NCBI GenBank assembly: GCA_029268165.1
Contig: JAJUGM010000001.1
Coordinates: forward strand, 1-35,563
Source: Bacteroidota bacterium
GTDB taxonomy: Bacteria; Bacteroidota; Bacteroidia; Bacteroidales; UBA10428
Direction: 5' to 3'
Length of the DNA stretch: 35,563 nt
Part shown: positions 1 to 14,856 of the stretch, in pieces
How the letters are laid out: each line of letters begins with the position of its first letter
How positions within the stretch are numbered: the stretch's first letter is position 1
Program-made: the position numbers and the translations under genes
The notes under the pieces: model-generated
Seen by the model: the letters and a program-made list of their open reading frames with translations, nothing else
Databases searched by the model: none
What the model was told of the DNA's origin: nothing

Positions 1-59
1 AGATGCACAGAAACCATTAATTTTACGATCATAAAAAATATTGATTCTTTTAATCTGGT

Positions 60-1178
60 ATGGACATAGAAAATAAATTAGCCTGTTTTTCAGTATTTTG
101 CTTATTTTTTCACGTGTCGTTGAATTCTCAGAGTTTGCAAAACAAAGTGAGCGATGAGGTAATGCAGCATATTTATAATGAGATTAAGACACCTTTTAAA
201 TACGGTCTTGTGCTTACAGGTTCCGATGCCTCAAAAAAGGTTGACTGCCCGACAGTTTTTCGGTACCGGCATCAATGGTACATGACTTATCTGGTTTTTG
301 ATGGAAAAGGCTATGAAACATGGCTGGCTGAAAGCAATGACCTGCTGCATTGGCAGCCAATAGGCAGGCTTTTATCGTTTAGCGACAGCACTGACTGGGA
401 TGCTAATCAGAAGGCCGGATATCCTGCGCTTCAGGATTTCAGGTGGGGTAAATCATACAAGCTGAAAAAATTCCACAATAATTATTGGATGTCATATTTC
501 GGTGGAAATTCTACAGGTTATGAAAGAGGATTGTTATCTGTTGGAATAGCATATAACAGGGAAAGTCTATCGAAGGCTCATGAATGGAATCGTTTGGCAA
601 GACCCGTTCTTATGGCAACTGATACCAACGCTTGCTGGTGGGATAATAATACTATATATAAAAATTCAATTATTTGGGATAAGGACAAAACAACGGGTTA
701 TCGGTTTGTGATGTTTTACAATGCCAGGGGTGACAGCATCCAGCCAAAAAAAGGAGCTGAAAGGATTGGCATTGCTGTTTCTGATGATATGATACACTGG
801 ATTAGATTTGGCCACAACCCGGTTATCAACCATCATAAAGGCATATCAGGAGACGCTGTAATACAGAAAATCGGAAACGTTTGGGTAATGTTTTATTTCG
901 GGGCATTTTGGCCAACCCGTAAAGATGACGGTGCATTTAACCGGTTTGCCTGCTCCTATGACCTTGTTAACTGGACCGAATGGCAGGGAGACGATCTTAT
1001 TGCTCCGTCTGAGCTTTTTGACAACCGGTTTGCTCACAAATCATCAGTTGTTAAATACAAAGGCATTGTATATCATTTTTATTGTGCAGTGAATAAAAAC
1101 GATGACAGAGGCATTGCGGTTGCCACATCTGTAGACATGGGTAAGAGTTCATTGCATTTTAGTTCTTTCAAAAAATAA
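60..1178 (+). CDS. Secreted beta-propeller glycoside hydrolase-like protein (GH43/GH32/GH130-type superfamily, family unresolved)
   Basis: 372-aa ORF with an N-terminal hydrophobic signal-like segment (LACFSVFCLFFHVSLNSQS). Blade-like motifs recur: VDCPTVFRYRHQWYMTY, NDLLHWQPIG, ERIGIAVSDDMIHW, RGIAVATS. It is the first gene of a same-strand CAZyme run. The CDS call is solid, but family assignment is by resemblance only. Confidence 0.55.
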   Translation: MDIENKLACFSVFCLFFHVSLNSQSLQNKVSDEVMQHIYNEIKTPFKYGLVLTGSDASKKVDCPTVFRYRHQWYMTYLVFDGKGYETWLAESNDLLHWQPIGRLLSFSDSTDWDANQKAGYPALQDFRWGKSYKLKKFHNNYWMSYFGGNSTGYERGLLSVGIAYNRESLSKAHEWNRLARPVLMATDTNACWWDNNTIYKNSIIWDKDKTTGYRFVMFYNARGDSIQPKKGAERIGIAVSDDMIHWIRFGHNPVINHHKGISGDAVIQKIGNVWVMFYFGAFWPTRKDDGAFNRFACSYDLVNWTEWQGDDLIAPSELFDNRFAHKSSVVKYKGIVYHFYCAVNKNDDRGIAVATSVDMGKSSLHFSSFKK

Positions 1179-1248
1179 AATAAGCATTACAGTTTTGTTT
1201 AATAAGAATAAATAATAGATTACTTGATCATTTCATATAGATTTTGGT

Positions 1249-6956
<5,708 letters not shown>

Positions 6957-6961
6957 ACTCA

Positions 6962-9900
6962 ATGATAGAATACCGTATATCTGAATCTAATAACTTAAAA
7001 GTACAAACCCTATTTTTCTTCCTGGCCTGCTTTTATTTTACTAATGTTTTTTCACAGAAACAAAGCCTTAGAGATATTTTTCAATACCCTCCGGAAAGTG
7101 CAAGGCCATGGGTGTTCTGGTATTGGATGTATGGAGCGGTTTCTCGTGAAGGAATCACTGCTGACCTTGAAGCTATGAAACAGGCAGGGATAGGTGGGGC
7201 TTATATATTTACAATCAAAGGAGTACCCGACTCACCCTTATATGTACCGTCTATAAAACAATTAAGCAACGAGTGGTGGGAAATGCTTATTTTTGCACTG
7301 CATGAAGCGAAAAGGCTTGGCATAAAAGTAGGGTTTCATTCATGTGATGGCTTCACTGTGGCAGGGGGACCCTGGATTACCCCCGAACTTTCAATGCAAA
7401 AGGTAGTTTGGAGCAAGATAACTGTTAAAGGCAGGCAGCACTTCTATGATACTCTGCCTCAGCCTGAAACTAAGCATAACTTTTACTGCGATATCGCAGT
7501 TTATGCATTTCCGGCCCTAAATGGTGAAAATATTTCAACACGTACAATAATTCCGAAAGTTACCACAAGCATTCCGGGTGCAGATGCACAGTATCTTGTG
7601 CAGGAAAATAACACACAAACCTTCCGAAGTGATGAACCCTGCTGGATTCAGTATGAGTTTGATACTCCATTTACCTGCCGGTCGGTGAAAATACATACCA
7701 GAGGGAATAATCTTCAGGCTCAACGATTACTCATTGAAACCAGCAATGACGGGATTTCATTTACACCTTTGGTCAGGTTGAAACCACCCCGCCACGGCTG
7801 GCAGGACGCTGTGGCCGATCATACATATGCTGTACCTGAGGCAACAGCAAAGTACTTTCGTTTTATCTATAATAAGGAAGGAACCGAACCAGGTTCGGAA
7901 GACCTTGATGCAGCCAAATGGAAACAATCACTCAAGATTTCAGGTATAGAACTGTTTGCTTCAGCATGCATTGATCAGTATGAAGGAAAATCAGGTCTGG
8001 TCTGGCGAATTTCCGAAAGAAGTAGTCCTGTTTTAGTTCCTGATTCCCTTTGTGTGCCTTTAAAAAGTATTATTAATCTTACTGACAGCATAGACAATAA
8101 AGGCTACCTGAAATGGAACATTCCTGATGGCCAATGGGTTATTTTAAGAATAGGCCATACTTCAACCGGCACAACCAACTATATTGGTGGAGCAGCTGTC
8201 GGGCTTGAATGTGATAAATTTAATTCCATGGCAGTTGAACTGCAGTTCAATAATTGGTTTGGTGAATTAGCCAGGCGGGCAGGCCCGGACATGGTACCTC
8301 AGGTTTTAAGTGTTTTTCATGTTGACAGTTGGGAATGCGGCAGCCAGAACTGGTCGCCTGTATTTTCCGAAGAGTTCAGAAAACGACGAGGTTATGACCT
8401 TTTACCTTATCTTCCTGTTTTTGCTGGTATTCCGGTGGAAAGTATCACTGGTTCTGAACAAGTGCTTAGTGATATAAGACAAACTATTGGAGAACTGGTG
8501 AAAGAAAACTTTTTCGGTACATTAAAAAGACAGCTAAAGTCATACGGCTGCAAGTTTTCAGCCGAAAATATAGCCCCGGTGATGACAGGTGATGGCATGC
8601 AGCATTTTGAAATGGTTGATATTCCTATGGGTGAGTTCTGGCTTAACAGTCCCACACATGACAAGCCCAATGATATTCTTGATGCCGTTTCATCCGGACA
8701 TGTTTATGGGAAAAACATTATTCAGGCTGAGGCTTTTACAACTTTGCGTATGAAATGGAACGAGAACCCCGCAATGCTTAAGCCATTGGGTGATTTGAAT
8801 TTTACTCTTGGCATAAACAGGCTCGTATTTCATGTGTTTACACATAATCCATGGCTCGATAAAAAACCCGGAATGACTCTTAACGGAGTAGGGTTGTACT
8901 TTCAGCGCGATCAGACCTGGTGGAATTATGCCAGGGAATATATTGAATATCTGACACGTTGCCAGGCATTGCTTCAGCAGGGACATGACGTTACCGATAT
9001 AGCTGTTTTTACCGGAGAAGAAACACCATCCCGGGCTTTTACTCCCGATAAACTGATTGATCTGTTGCCCGGTTTAATAGGTGAGGAAAGAACAGAACAT
9101 GAGAAAATAAGGCTGATCAATACCGGAATACCTTTACAGGAAATACCTGAAGGAGTAACCAGTAATGCCAATATATTCAGCATGGAACAATGGGTCAATG
9201 CTTTGAGAGGATATAAATATGATTCATTTAATAAAGAGGCACTTTTAAAGCTTGCCAGAGTGGAAAACGGACGGATCGTATTACCCGGAGGGGCAAACTA
9301 TGCACTTTTGATTATTCCCGGAACAATCCGAAACATACCAAACGGGAAATGGATGTCGGATGAAGTAGCTGGAAAGATACTAAAAATGGTAGATGACGGG
9401 GCTGCAATTATGTTGTTTGAATCACCCTTCGATTCTCCGGGACTGAAGTATAACAGGGAAAGCGACAGTATCTTAAGGCATTTTAATACCGTTTTTTGGG
9501 AACCTTTAAAATCAGGTTTTTCAGAAACTGTAAACCAGAATACTCTAACAAATAACGTCGGAAAAGGCATAGTCATAAAAGGGCCATATTATAATGCAAC
9601 TTTGGATAAACTTGGTATTGAACGTGATTTTATTGCCATTGACTCTTCTGGCAGGTATTTACATGATATTGGGTATGTGCATCGCACCTCTGATAGTTTT
9701 GATATTTATTTCGTTTTTAACAATCAGAATAAAACCAGAACATTTGAAGTATCGTTACGCACTTCAGGCCGTATTCCTGAACTTTGGGATCCACTTACAG
9801 GAGAATGCCGCGATGCACGCGAATGGAGAACAGAAAATAGACGTACGGTTTTACCATTAAGGCTTGAATCGCACGGTTCAATATTTATTGTTTTAATACG

Positions 9901-10447
9901 TCAGACTAATGTAAGTCATAAAAGATCAGGAAAAAACTGGAATGATTATCACAAAATTCTCACAGTACACGGATATTGGAATGTTAAATTTGATGCTGCT
10001 TTGGGAGGTCCTAAAGATACAATAGTATTTGAAAAACTTACTGACTGGACTTTACAAAGTGACCGGTGTATTAAGTATTATTCAGGTACAGCCGTCTATA
10101 ACAATAATTTCTATTGGAAAAAAGCCATAGGGAAAAATGATAAAATATGGCTTGAACTTGGCAATGTTGCTGACGTTGCAGAAGTAAAAATCAATAACAT
10201 TTCATGCGGAACAGCATGGACAAAACCATACAGGCTGGAAGTAACGAGGTCCCTTAGAAAGGGAAATAACCACATTGAGATAACCGTTACCAACACCTGG
10301 ACTAACCGGTTAATTGGCGACCAAATGTTACCCGAAAAAGACAGGATAACATTTACCAATGCGCCATACATACCTGATGGAATGGCAATATGTCCGGCCG
10401 GATTGATGGGGCCGGTGGAAATTTTTATGGCCAAGAACAAAGAATAA
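6962..10447 (+). CDS. Large GH106-like glycoside hydrolase (putative alpha-L-rhamnosidase)
   Basis: 1161-aa ORF starting 5 bp after the upstream stop, with a signal-like segment. The N-terminal motif PPESARPWVFWYWMYGAVSREGITADLEAMKQAGIGGAYIF is one I recall from large Bacteroidota proteins classed as GH106. The C-terminus looks like a galactose-binding-type beta-sandwich (YYSGTAVYNNNF, IWLELGNVADVAEVKINN, ITVTNTWTNRLIGD). Family assignment is from memory of these motifs and was not searched. Confidence 0.6.
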   Translation: MIEYRISESNNLKVQTLFFFLACFYFTNVFSQKQSLRDIFQYPPESARPWVFWYWMYGAVSREGITADLEAMKQAGIGGAYIFTIKGVPDSPLYVPSIKQLSNEWWEMLIFALHEAKRLGIKVGFHSCDGFTVAGGPWITPELSMQKVVWSKITVKGRQHFYDTLPQPETKHNFYCDIAVYAFPALNGENISTRTIIPKVTTSIPGADAQYLVQENNTQTFRSDEPCWIQYEFDTPFTCRSVKIHTRGNNLQAQRLLIETSNDGISFTPLVRLKPPRHGWQDAVADHTYAVPEATAKYFRFIYNKEGTEPGSEDLDAAKWKQSLKISGIELFASACIDQYEGKSGLVWRISERSSPVLVPDSLCVPLKSIINLTDSIDNKGYLKWNIPDGQWVILRIGHTSTGTTNYIGGAAVGLECDKFNSMAVELQFNNWFGELARRAGPDMVPQVLSVFHVDSWECGSQNWSPVFSEEFRKRRGYDLLPYLPVFAGIPVESITGSEQVLSDIRQTIGELVKENFFGTLKRQLKSYGCKFSAENIAPVMTGDGMQHFEMVDIPMGEFWLNSPTHDKPNDILDAVSSGHVYGKNIIQAEAFTTLRMKWNENPAMLKPLGDLNFTLGINRLVFHVFTHNPWLDKKPGMTLNGVGLYFQRDQTWWNYAREYIEYLTRCQALLQQGHDVTDIAVFTGEETPSRAFTPDKLIDLLPGLIGEERTEHEKIRLINTGIPLQEIPEGVTSNANIFSMEQWVNALRGYKYDSFNKEALLKLARVENGRIVLPGGANYALLIIPGTIRNIPNGKWMSDEVAGKILKMVDDGAAIMLFESPFDSPGLKYNRESDSILRHFNTVFWEPLKSGFSETVNQNTLTNNVGKGIVIKGPYYNATLDKLGIERDFIAIDSSGRYLHDIGYVHRTSDSFDIYFVFNNQNKTRTFEVSLRTSGRIPELWDPLTGECRDAREWRTENRRTVLPLRLESHGSIFIVLIRQTNVSHKRSGKNWNDYHKILTVHGYWNVKFDAALGGPKDTIVFEKLTDWTLQSDRCIKYYSGTAVYNNNFYWKKAIGKNDKIWLELGNVADVAEVKINNISCGTAWTKPYRLEVTRSLRKGNNHIEITVTNTWTNRLIGDQMLPEKDRITFTNAPYIPDGMAICPAGLMGPVEIFMAKNKE

Positions 10448-10687
10448 AGAAATTTGGAATTCATAGTAAATTATAGGGTTTTATAGTGTAATTGTTTTTT
10501 TTATAAAAAGCAAACCAATCATTTTTACCATATATGAATGGCGAAATCAGGCATCATGCATTGTTCCGAAATGCCAATAATAAGAGCTTTAATATAACAA
10601 GATTATTCCAGTTTACGTATAATTAATAATCCCAAATTATTCATTGGGAGCTCTTAGAAAGAGCGAACCAATGGATTTACAGATTAA

Positions 10688-10737
10688 AAAAATCACTTTT
10701 CTGGTACCGCACCAGCAAACCGGAAAAGTTGATTTTT
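10688..10737 (+). terminator. Nested hairpin ending in a T-run; candidate terminator of the upstream glycosidase operon or a regulatory structure
   Basis: The outer arms AAAAATCACTTTTC (10688-10701) and GAAAAGTTGATTTTT (10723-10737) are complementary with one bulged T. An inner stem, CTGGT (10701-10705) with ACCAG (10711-10715), sits inside them. The structure lies about 240 nt downstream of the stop at 10447. Confidence 0.35.
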
Positions 10738-10746
10738 CTTAATCGC

Positions 10747-10774
10747 ATTGCATTAGAAATTTTTCTAATGCAAT
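10747..10774. promoter_or_regulatory. 28-bp palindrome (two perfectly complementary 13-bp arms around a 2-nt centre), candidate operator or hairpin upstream of the PL1 lyase gene
   Basis: ATTGCATTAGAAA-TT-TTTCTAATGCAAT. The 13-bp arms are exact reverse complements. The 3' end is 60 bp upstream of the ATG at 10834. Confidence 0.4.
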
Positions 10775-10833
10775 AATTGGGATAATATACATTTTAAATT
10801 CTTGAATGGCATGAGATTTAAAAAATTAAACCA

Positions 10834-12744
10834 ATGAAGAAATTTTGTTTATTATTTATTACAGGAGTTTTTAATATCAGCTTTATCCTTTCACAAGGAT
10901 TGATAATTCAGGAGGATACTATCGGTGTATGTACCATGGACGGAGTAGTTGATTCTTCAGCCGATGGGTACACAGGTATTGGCTATGCGAATATCGATAA
11001 CGGCCAGGGTATTGGTATGAGTTGGAGTTTTACTGTCGATAATCCCGGAACATATGAGATTTACTGGAGGTATGCTCTTGGCGGAGCCGACCTTACAAGC
11101 AGGGATGCCAAGTTGCTTGTTAATAATGTTTTTACAGGCGATACGGTGAAGTTTCCCCATTCAGGTTCCTCCCAATGGTCGGTCTGGCTTACAACAGATA
11201 CCTTTGAGCTTAACCTAGAAGCAGGGTTTAACAAGATACAGCTTTCTTCGGTTACTGATAAAGGGCTTGCAAACATTGACTATTTTCATGTTTTGGGCGA
11301 CGGATTATTTGCCACAGAATGCGTGCCTTCATTTATATTCAGGATAAACCATAATACAGCTGAAGGTGGAAGTGTATCTTACGATCCGGTACAGGAATAT
11401 TATGATATTGGAACTCCCATAACAGTGAGAGCTTCGGCAAATCCGGGCTATTTCTTTCATAGCTGGTCAGGTGAAGCTGCATCAATTGATTCGGTACATA
11501 CCTTTAATATTAGCCGGAATACTTACCTCACTGCTTTATTTTACCCGATAGGCACCTCTGCCGATACAGGCGCTGACGGCTACGCCACTGTCCAGCATGA
11601 CAACGGGACCCCTTACCTTTTGACAGGTGGAGCGTCCGGCGATACAGCCGAGGCAAATTCTCTTGCTGAACTTATATCATATCTCGGAGGTGAAACTCCA
11701 AGAGTAGTATTGCTTTCAAAATATATTAAAGGTGATAATTCACAGGAAATCAGTATCGGATCAAACAAAACTTTTCTGGGTACAAACAACTATGCGCACA
11801 TTGAAGGTATCAGGGTAGTAATTAACGGATCACGCAATGTGATAATAAGGAATATTACCTTTTCGAAAGTGCTTTCTGCTGACGAAATTGAAATAAATGC
11901 CGGCTCAAAAAATATTCTGATTGACCATTGCGAATTTTTCACTGACCGCGAACATGACGATAATGAAGATTATTATGACGGATTACTCGACATAAAAAAT
12001 GAATCGTCTTTTATTACAGTAAAGTGGTGCTATTTTCACGATCATAATAAAGGCATACTCATCAGTTCGGGAGATGACAGCTATCAGGACAGCGTTCAGC
12101 GTATTACTTTTCATCATAATTATTTTTTTAACTGTAACTCAAGGTTGCCCAGCATTCGTTTCGGGAAATCACATATTTACAATAATTACTATGAAGATTG
12201 CGGCACGGGTGTAAATACACGGATGAATGCCTGTGTAAGGGTTGAGAAAAACTACTTTCTTGATGCAGGCACTGGCGTTGGAATGCTATATAGCCCCATA
12301 CCGGGAAGTGTGGAACTAATTGATAATATTTTTGAAAACACTTCTTATTCTGATTCCCCTGCCTGTCACCTCGATGTCCCCTATATTTATAATGCTGACA
12401 TGCATGAAGTTAATAATTTACCTGCAATAATACCCGATAATATAAGAAGAGCGGTGATTAGTTCTGTTGATAACAGAATAAGCGAAGTTAGTACTGATTT
12501 GTACTGTTATCCGAACCCTGCAGATAATGAAATTAAATTTTCCTTCAGATTGCAATCATCCGGCAAAGCTATGGTTGAAATATACGATCAGGCCGGGAAC
12601 AGAATTTATTCTGTTTGCAGTGACGAATATGAGGCAGGATGGAATACAATATACATTTCGGTATCAGAACTCAAAGCAGGCATGTATTTCTGTATATTAA
12701 AAACGAAAGAAGAATCTGCAGTAAGAAAAATAGTCGTTTATTAA
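10834..12744 (+). CDS. Modular secreted pectate lyase (PL1) with an N-terminal CBM6/35-like module, an InlB-B-repeat-like module and a C-terminal T9SS sorting domain
   Basis: 636 aa with a signal peptide (MKKFCLLFITGVFNISFILSQ). CBM6/35-like pattern: GYTGIGYANIDNGQGIGMSWSFTV...YWRYALG...LLVNN...NIDYFHVLG. B-repeat-like module: GGSVSYDP...GTPITVRASANPGYFFHSWSG. PL1 core: ILIDHCEF, DGLLDIKN, HDHNKGILISSGDD, ITFHHNYFFNCNSRLPSIRFG. The T9SS C-terminal domain spans 12499-12741 (YPNPADNEIKFSF...GMYFCILKT...). Confidence 0.85.
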   Translation: MKKFCLLFITGVFNISFILSQGLIIQEDTIGVCTMDGVVDSSADGYTGIGYANIDNGQGIGMSWSFTVDNPGTYEIYWRYALGGADLTSRDAKLLVNNVFTGDTVKFPHSGSSQWSVWLTTDTFELNLEAGFNKIQLSSVTDKGLANIDYFHVLGDGLFATECVPSFIFRINHNTAEGGSVSYDPVQEYYDIGTPITVRASANPGYFFHSWSGEAASIDSVHTFNISRNTYLTALFYPIGTSADTGADGYATVQHDNGTPYLLTGGASGDTAEANSLAELISYLGGETPRVVLLSKYIKGDNSQEISIGSNKTFLGTNNYAHIEGIRVVINGSRNVIIRNITFSKVLSADEIEINAGSKNILIDHCEFFTDREHDDNEDYYDGLLDIKNESSFITVKWCYFHDHNKGILISSGDDSYQDSVQRITFHHNYFFNCNSRLPSIRFGKSHIYNNYYEDCGTGVNTRMNACVRVEKNYFLDAGTGVGMLYSPIPGSVELIDNIFENTSYSDSPACHLDVPYIYNADMHEVNNLPAIIPDNIRRAVISSVDNRISEVSTDLYCYPNPADNEIKFSFRLQSSGKAMVEIYDQAGNRIYSVCSDEYEAGWNTIYISVSELKAGMYFCILKTKEESAVRKIVVY

Positions 12745-12802
12745 AACCGGCTAAATCATTAGTTTGTTTTGTTTCTTACAAAAAAGAGAATTAAGATGTC
12801 AA

Positions 12803-14830
12803 TTACCTTTTTAAGGGCAACCATACTGTCATTTCACAACTACCCCGGTTATTCCATGCATAATAAGGTATTAACCGAATGGTAAATGGCACAGGCTGTT
12901 GCCTTGAAACTTCACGATACAGTGTTTTTTGCCAGCTGGAGTTACTAATTGCCAGAGCTTGTCCTTCAAGGCAAGTAATTTCACTGTTTGTAATTTTATA
13001 GGGTAAGGGACGAAAGCTTATATCAGACGGGATTATAATGTCAGTTATGCGCAGCGAATCGGGTAGGTCGGCCGATTCAAGGCAGTAAACAACGGGACCC
13101 CTTTTAATGGCAACCTGGTTACGTGTTTCTTCCACAAGAGGATGTGCCTCCATTAGTTTGACTTCCATTGGCAGGCTAAGCTCAATTATATCTCCTTCTT
13201 GCCATTTACGCCTTATCTCAGCATATTTTCCATGTAATAAAGATATACCTGGTGATTTCTGATTCACCTTGATATTGGCTTCGTTGCACCAACCGGGTAT
13301 TCTTAGAAATACTGACCATTCATTATCAGGTACCTTGCTGAGAGTTATCTTTATTGACCCATCCCATGGGTAATTCGTTTGTTGTGTTAATGCGATGGAT
13401 GTTCCATCCTTTAGCAAGGTATTTAATTTATTGCTTCCATATAAATTAATGTAAATACCTTTATCCGAAAGACTGTAAACGTAATTTTGTATTTCGGCTA
13501 TAGTACGCACTGTATTTGGGGGGCAGCAGTTGCAAAAACTGATATATTCTTCACGGTCTTTTGACCACCTTAAAGTGTATGGAAGGTCATGGTTTACGCA
13601 TAGAGGGTTGGTATAGAAATAACGTTTTCCGTCGAGACTGACTCCGGCCAGAAGACTGTTATAAATAACAAGCTCTATGATATCGGCATATTTTGCATCC
13701 CCGGTTATCAGAAACATGCGCCAGTTCCATAAAATGTTACCGATGTTGGCACATGATTCATTATGGGCTGTAATGTTGGGCAGCTGATAGTCGCGTCCAT
13801 AAGCCTGATGAACTTTCTGGATTTCTGAAGGATTATATGAGGTACCATCAGGTGAGACCCCGTCATACAATGCACCGTATCCTCCGGTGATGTACATTTT
13901 ATGTGATACCACATCGTTCCAGATGAGATTCAGGCTATGCAAAAGCGAAGTGTCACCGGTTTCAGAATAAACATCAGCTGCTCCGGCATACAGATAATTT
14001 GCCCTAACAGCATGCCCAACGGCTTTGGTTTGTTGCCTGAACGGAATCCGGTCCTGATTATCATCAGTTCCTTCCTGCACAAGTCCTCTGATATCAATCA
14101 GGTTTTTTGCCAGTTCAAGGTATTGTGGATTACCTGTAGTGCGGTACAATTCCACCACGCCCATATAGTGCGAAGGACAGATGGCATTTCTTGCCAGTTC
14201 AGGTGTGGCTCTGAGATAAAAATCGTTTAGGAAATCAGCTGCTTTACAGGCTATATTCAATAATGATGTCTTTCCTGTTGCGCGGTAATGAATACATGCA
14301 GCAGTCATCAAATGTCCTATGTTATAGGTTTCAAAATTAAGCCTGTTTTTGAATTCACTGCTTTTTCCGGTATTAAGCATTTCAATTATAACAGGAGTAT
14401 GTATATAGCCATCTTTTCGTTGTGCCTTGGTAATGGTTCTGATTATCTCATCCATCAGGCTGTCGGTTTTTACGTCATGAGTGATGGCATAAACACTTGC
14501 CATACCTTCAAACCATTTATAAAAGTCACCGTCATGAAATGGCGGACCCTGATGGACACCTTTTGCTTTACCGGCTGCAATTTCAAAGTTTCTGTAGGAA
14601 TGGCTGATATCTGGATTATTAAAAATGTTCCACATTTTAGGTATCATAGAGTCGCGGCAGATAGCAAAACGTTCGGCCCAAAAACCGCTGGTCCAGATAA
14701 CATCTTCAATATCAACTGCATAAAGTTTTGCATAAGGGCTATGTGAGGTATTGACCAGTGGTTTGTTCTGGCCCCTCATTGATAAACATGTTGCTATTAT
14801 TAGTATTACAATATTTAATTTCTTTTGCAT
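12803..14830 (-). CDS. Glycoside hydrolase family 127 (HypBA1/DUF1680-type cysteine glycosidase; beta-L-arabinofuranosidase or related)
   Basis: 675 aa with a signal peptide. Motifs: HQGPPFHDGDFYKWFEG, NYLYAGAADVY, MYITGGYGA. HNESCANIG provides the Glu-x-Cys of the zinc site, and FCNCCPPNTVRTIAEI provides the Cys-Cys pair that includes the catalytic Cys in HypBA1. Confidence 0.85.
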   Translation of the reverse strand: MQKKLNIVILIIATCLSMRGQNKPLVNTSHSPYAKLYAVDIEDVIWTSGFWAERFAICRDSMIPKMWNIFNNPDISHSYRNFEIAAGKAKGVHQGPPFHDGDFYKWFEGMASVYAITHDVKTDSLMDEIIRTITKAQRKDGYIHTPVIIEMLNTGKSSEFKNRLNFETYNIGHLMTAACIHYRATGKTSLLNIACKAADFLNDFYLRATPELARNAICPSHYMGVVELYRTTGNPQYLELAKNLIDIRGLVQEGTDDNQDRIPFRQQTKAVGHAVRANYLYAGAADVYSETGDTSLLHSLNLIWNDVVSHKMYITGGYGALYDGVSPDGTSYNPSEIQKVHQAYGRDYQLPNITAHNESCANIGNILWNWRMFLITGDAKYADIIELVIYNSLLAGVSLDGKRYFYTNPLCVNHDLPYTLRWSKDREEYISFCNCCPPNTVRTIAEIQNYVYSLSDKGIYINLYGSNKLNTLLKDGTSIALTQQTNYPWDGSIKITLSKVPDNEWSVFLRIPGWCNEANIKVNQKSPGISLLHGKYAEIRRKWQEGDIIELSLPMEVKLMEAHPLVEETRNQVAIKRGPVVYCLESADLPDSLRITDIIIPSDISFRPLPYKITNSEITCLEGQALAISNSSWQKTLYREVSRQQPVPFTIRLIPYYAWNNRGSCEMTVWLPLKR

Positions 14831-14856
14831 TCTGGTTACTTGAAATTGAAAATGAA

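Noticed and set aside
10534-10626. 30-codon ORF (MNGEIRHHALFRNANNKSFNITRLFQFTYN) in the gap between the GH106-like and PL1 genes, considered as a possible leader peptide.
   Set aside because: It has no signal, motif or positional logic, lying about 200 bp from the downstream ATG and ahead of the hairpins. An ORF of this length is expected by chance.
10779-10788. The 10-mer GGGATAATAT is shared between the PL1 upstream region (10779-10788) and the GH78 upstream region (17708-17717). It is related to the ATTATCC motifs upstream of GH28, which suggested a common operator.
   Set aside because: The core 7-mer also occurs inside coding regions (for example near 1461, 5297, 5563 and 28944). A back-of-envelope estimate says several shared 10-mers are expected by chance among about 2.5 kb of AT-rich intergenic DNA. 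Orientation relative to the downstream gene also differs between the two sites.
14288-14746. 152-aa ORF on the plus strand, along with many other 60-117-aa ORFs in the track (for example 10111-10464, 16442-16747, 8690-8986, 13937-14230).
   Set aside because: Each is nested antisense or out of frame inside a long CDS with strong family motifs. Their sequences are low-complexity or Cys/Phe/Ile-rich and motif-free. They are typical shadow ORFs of AT-rich coding DNA.
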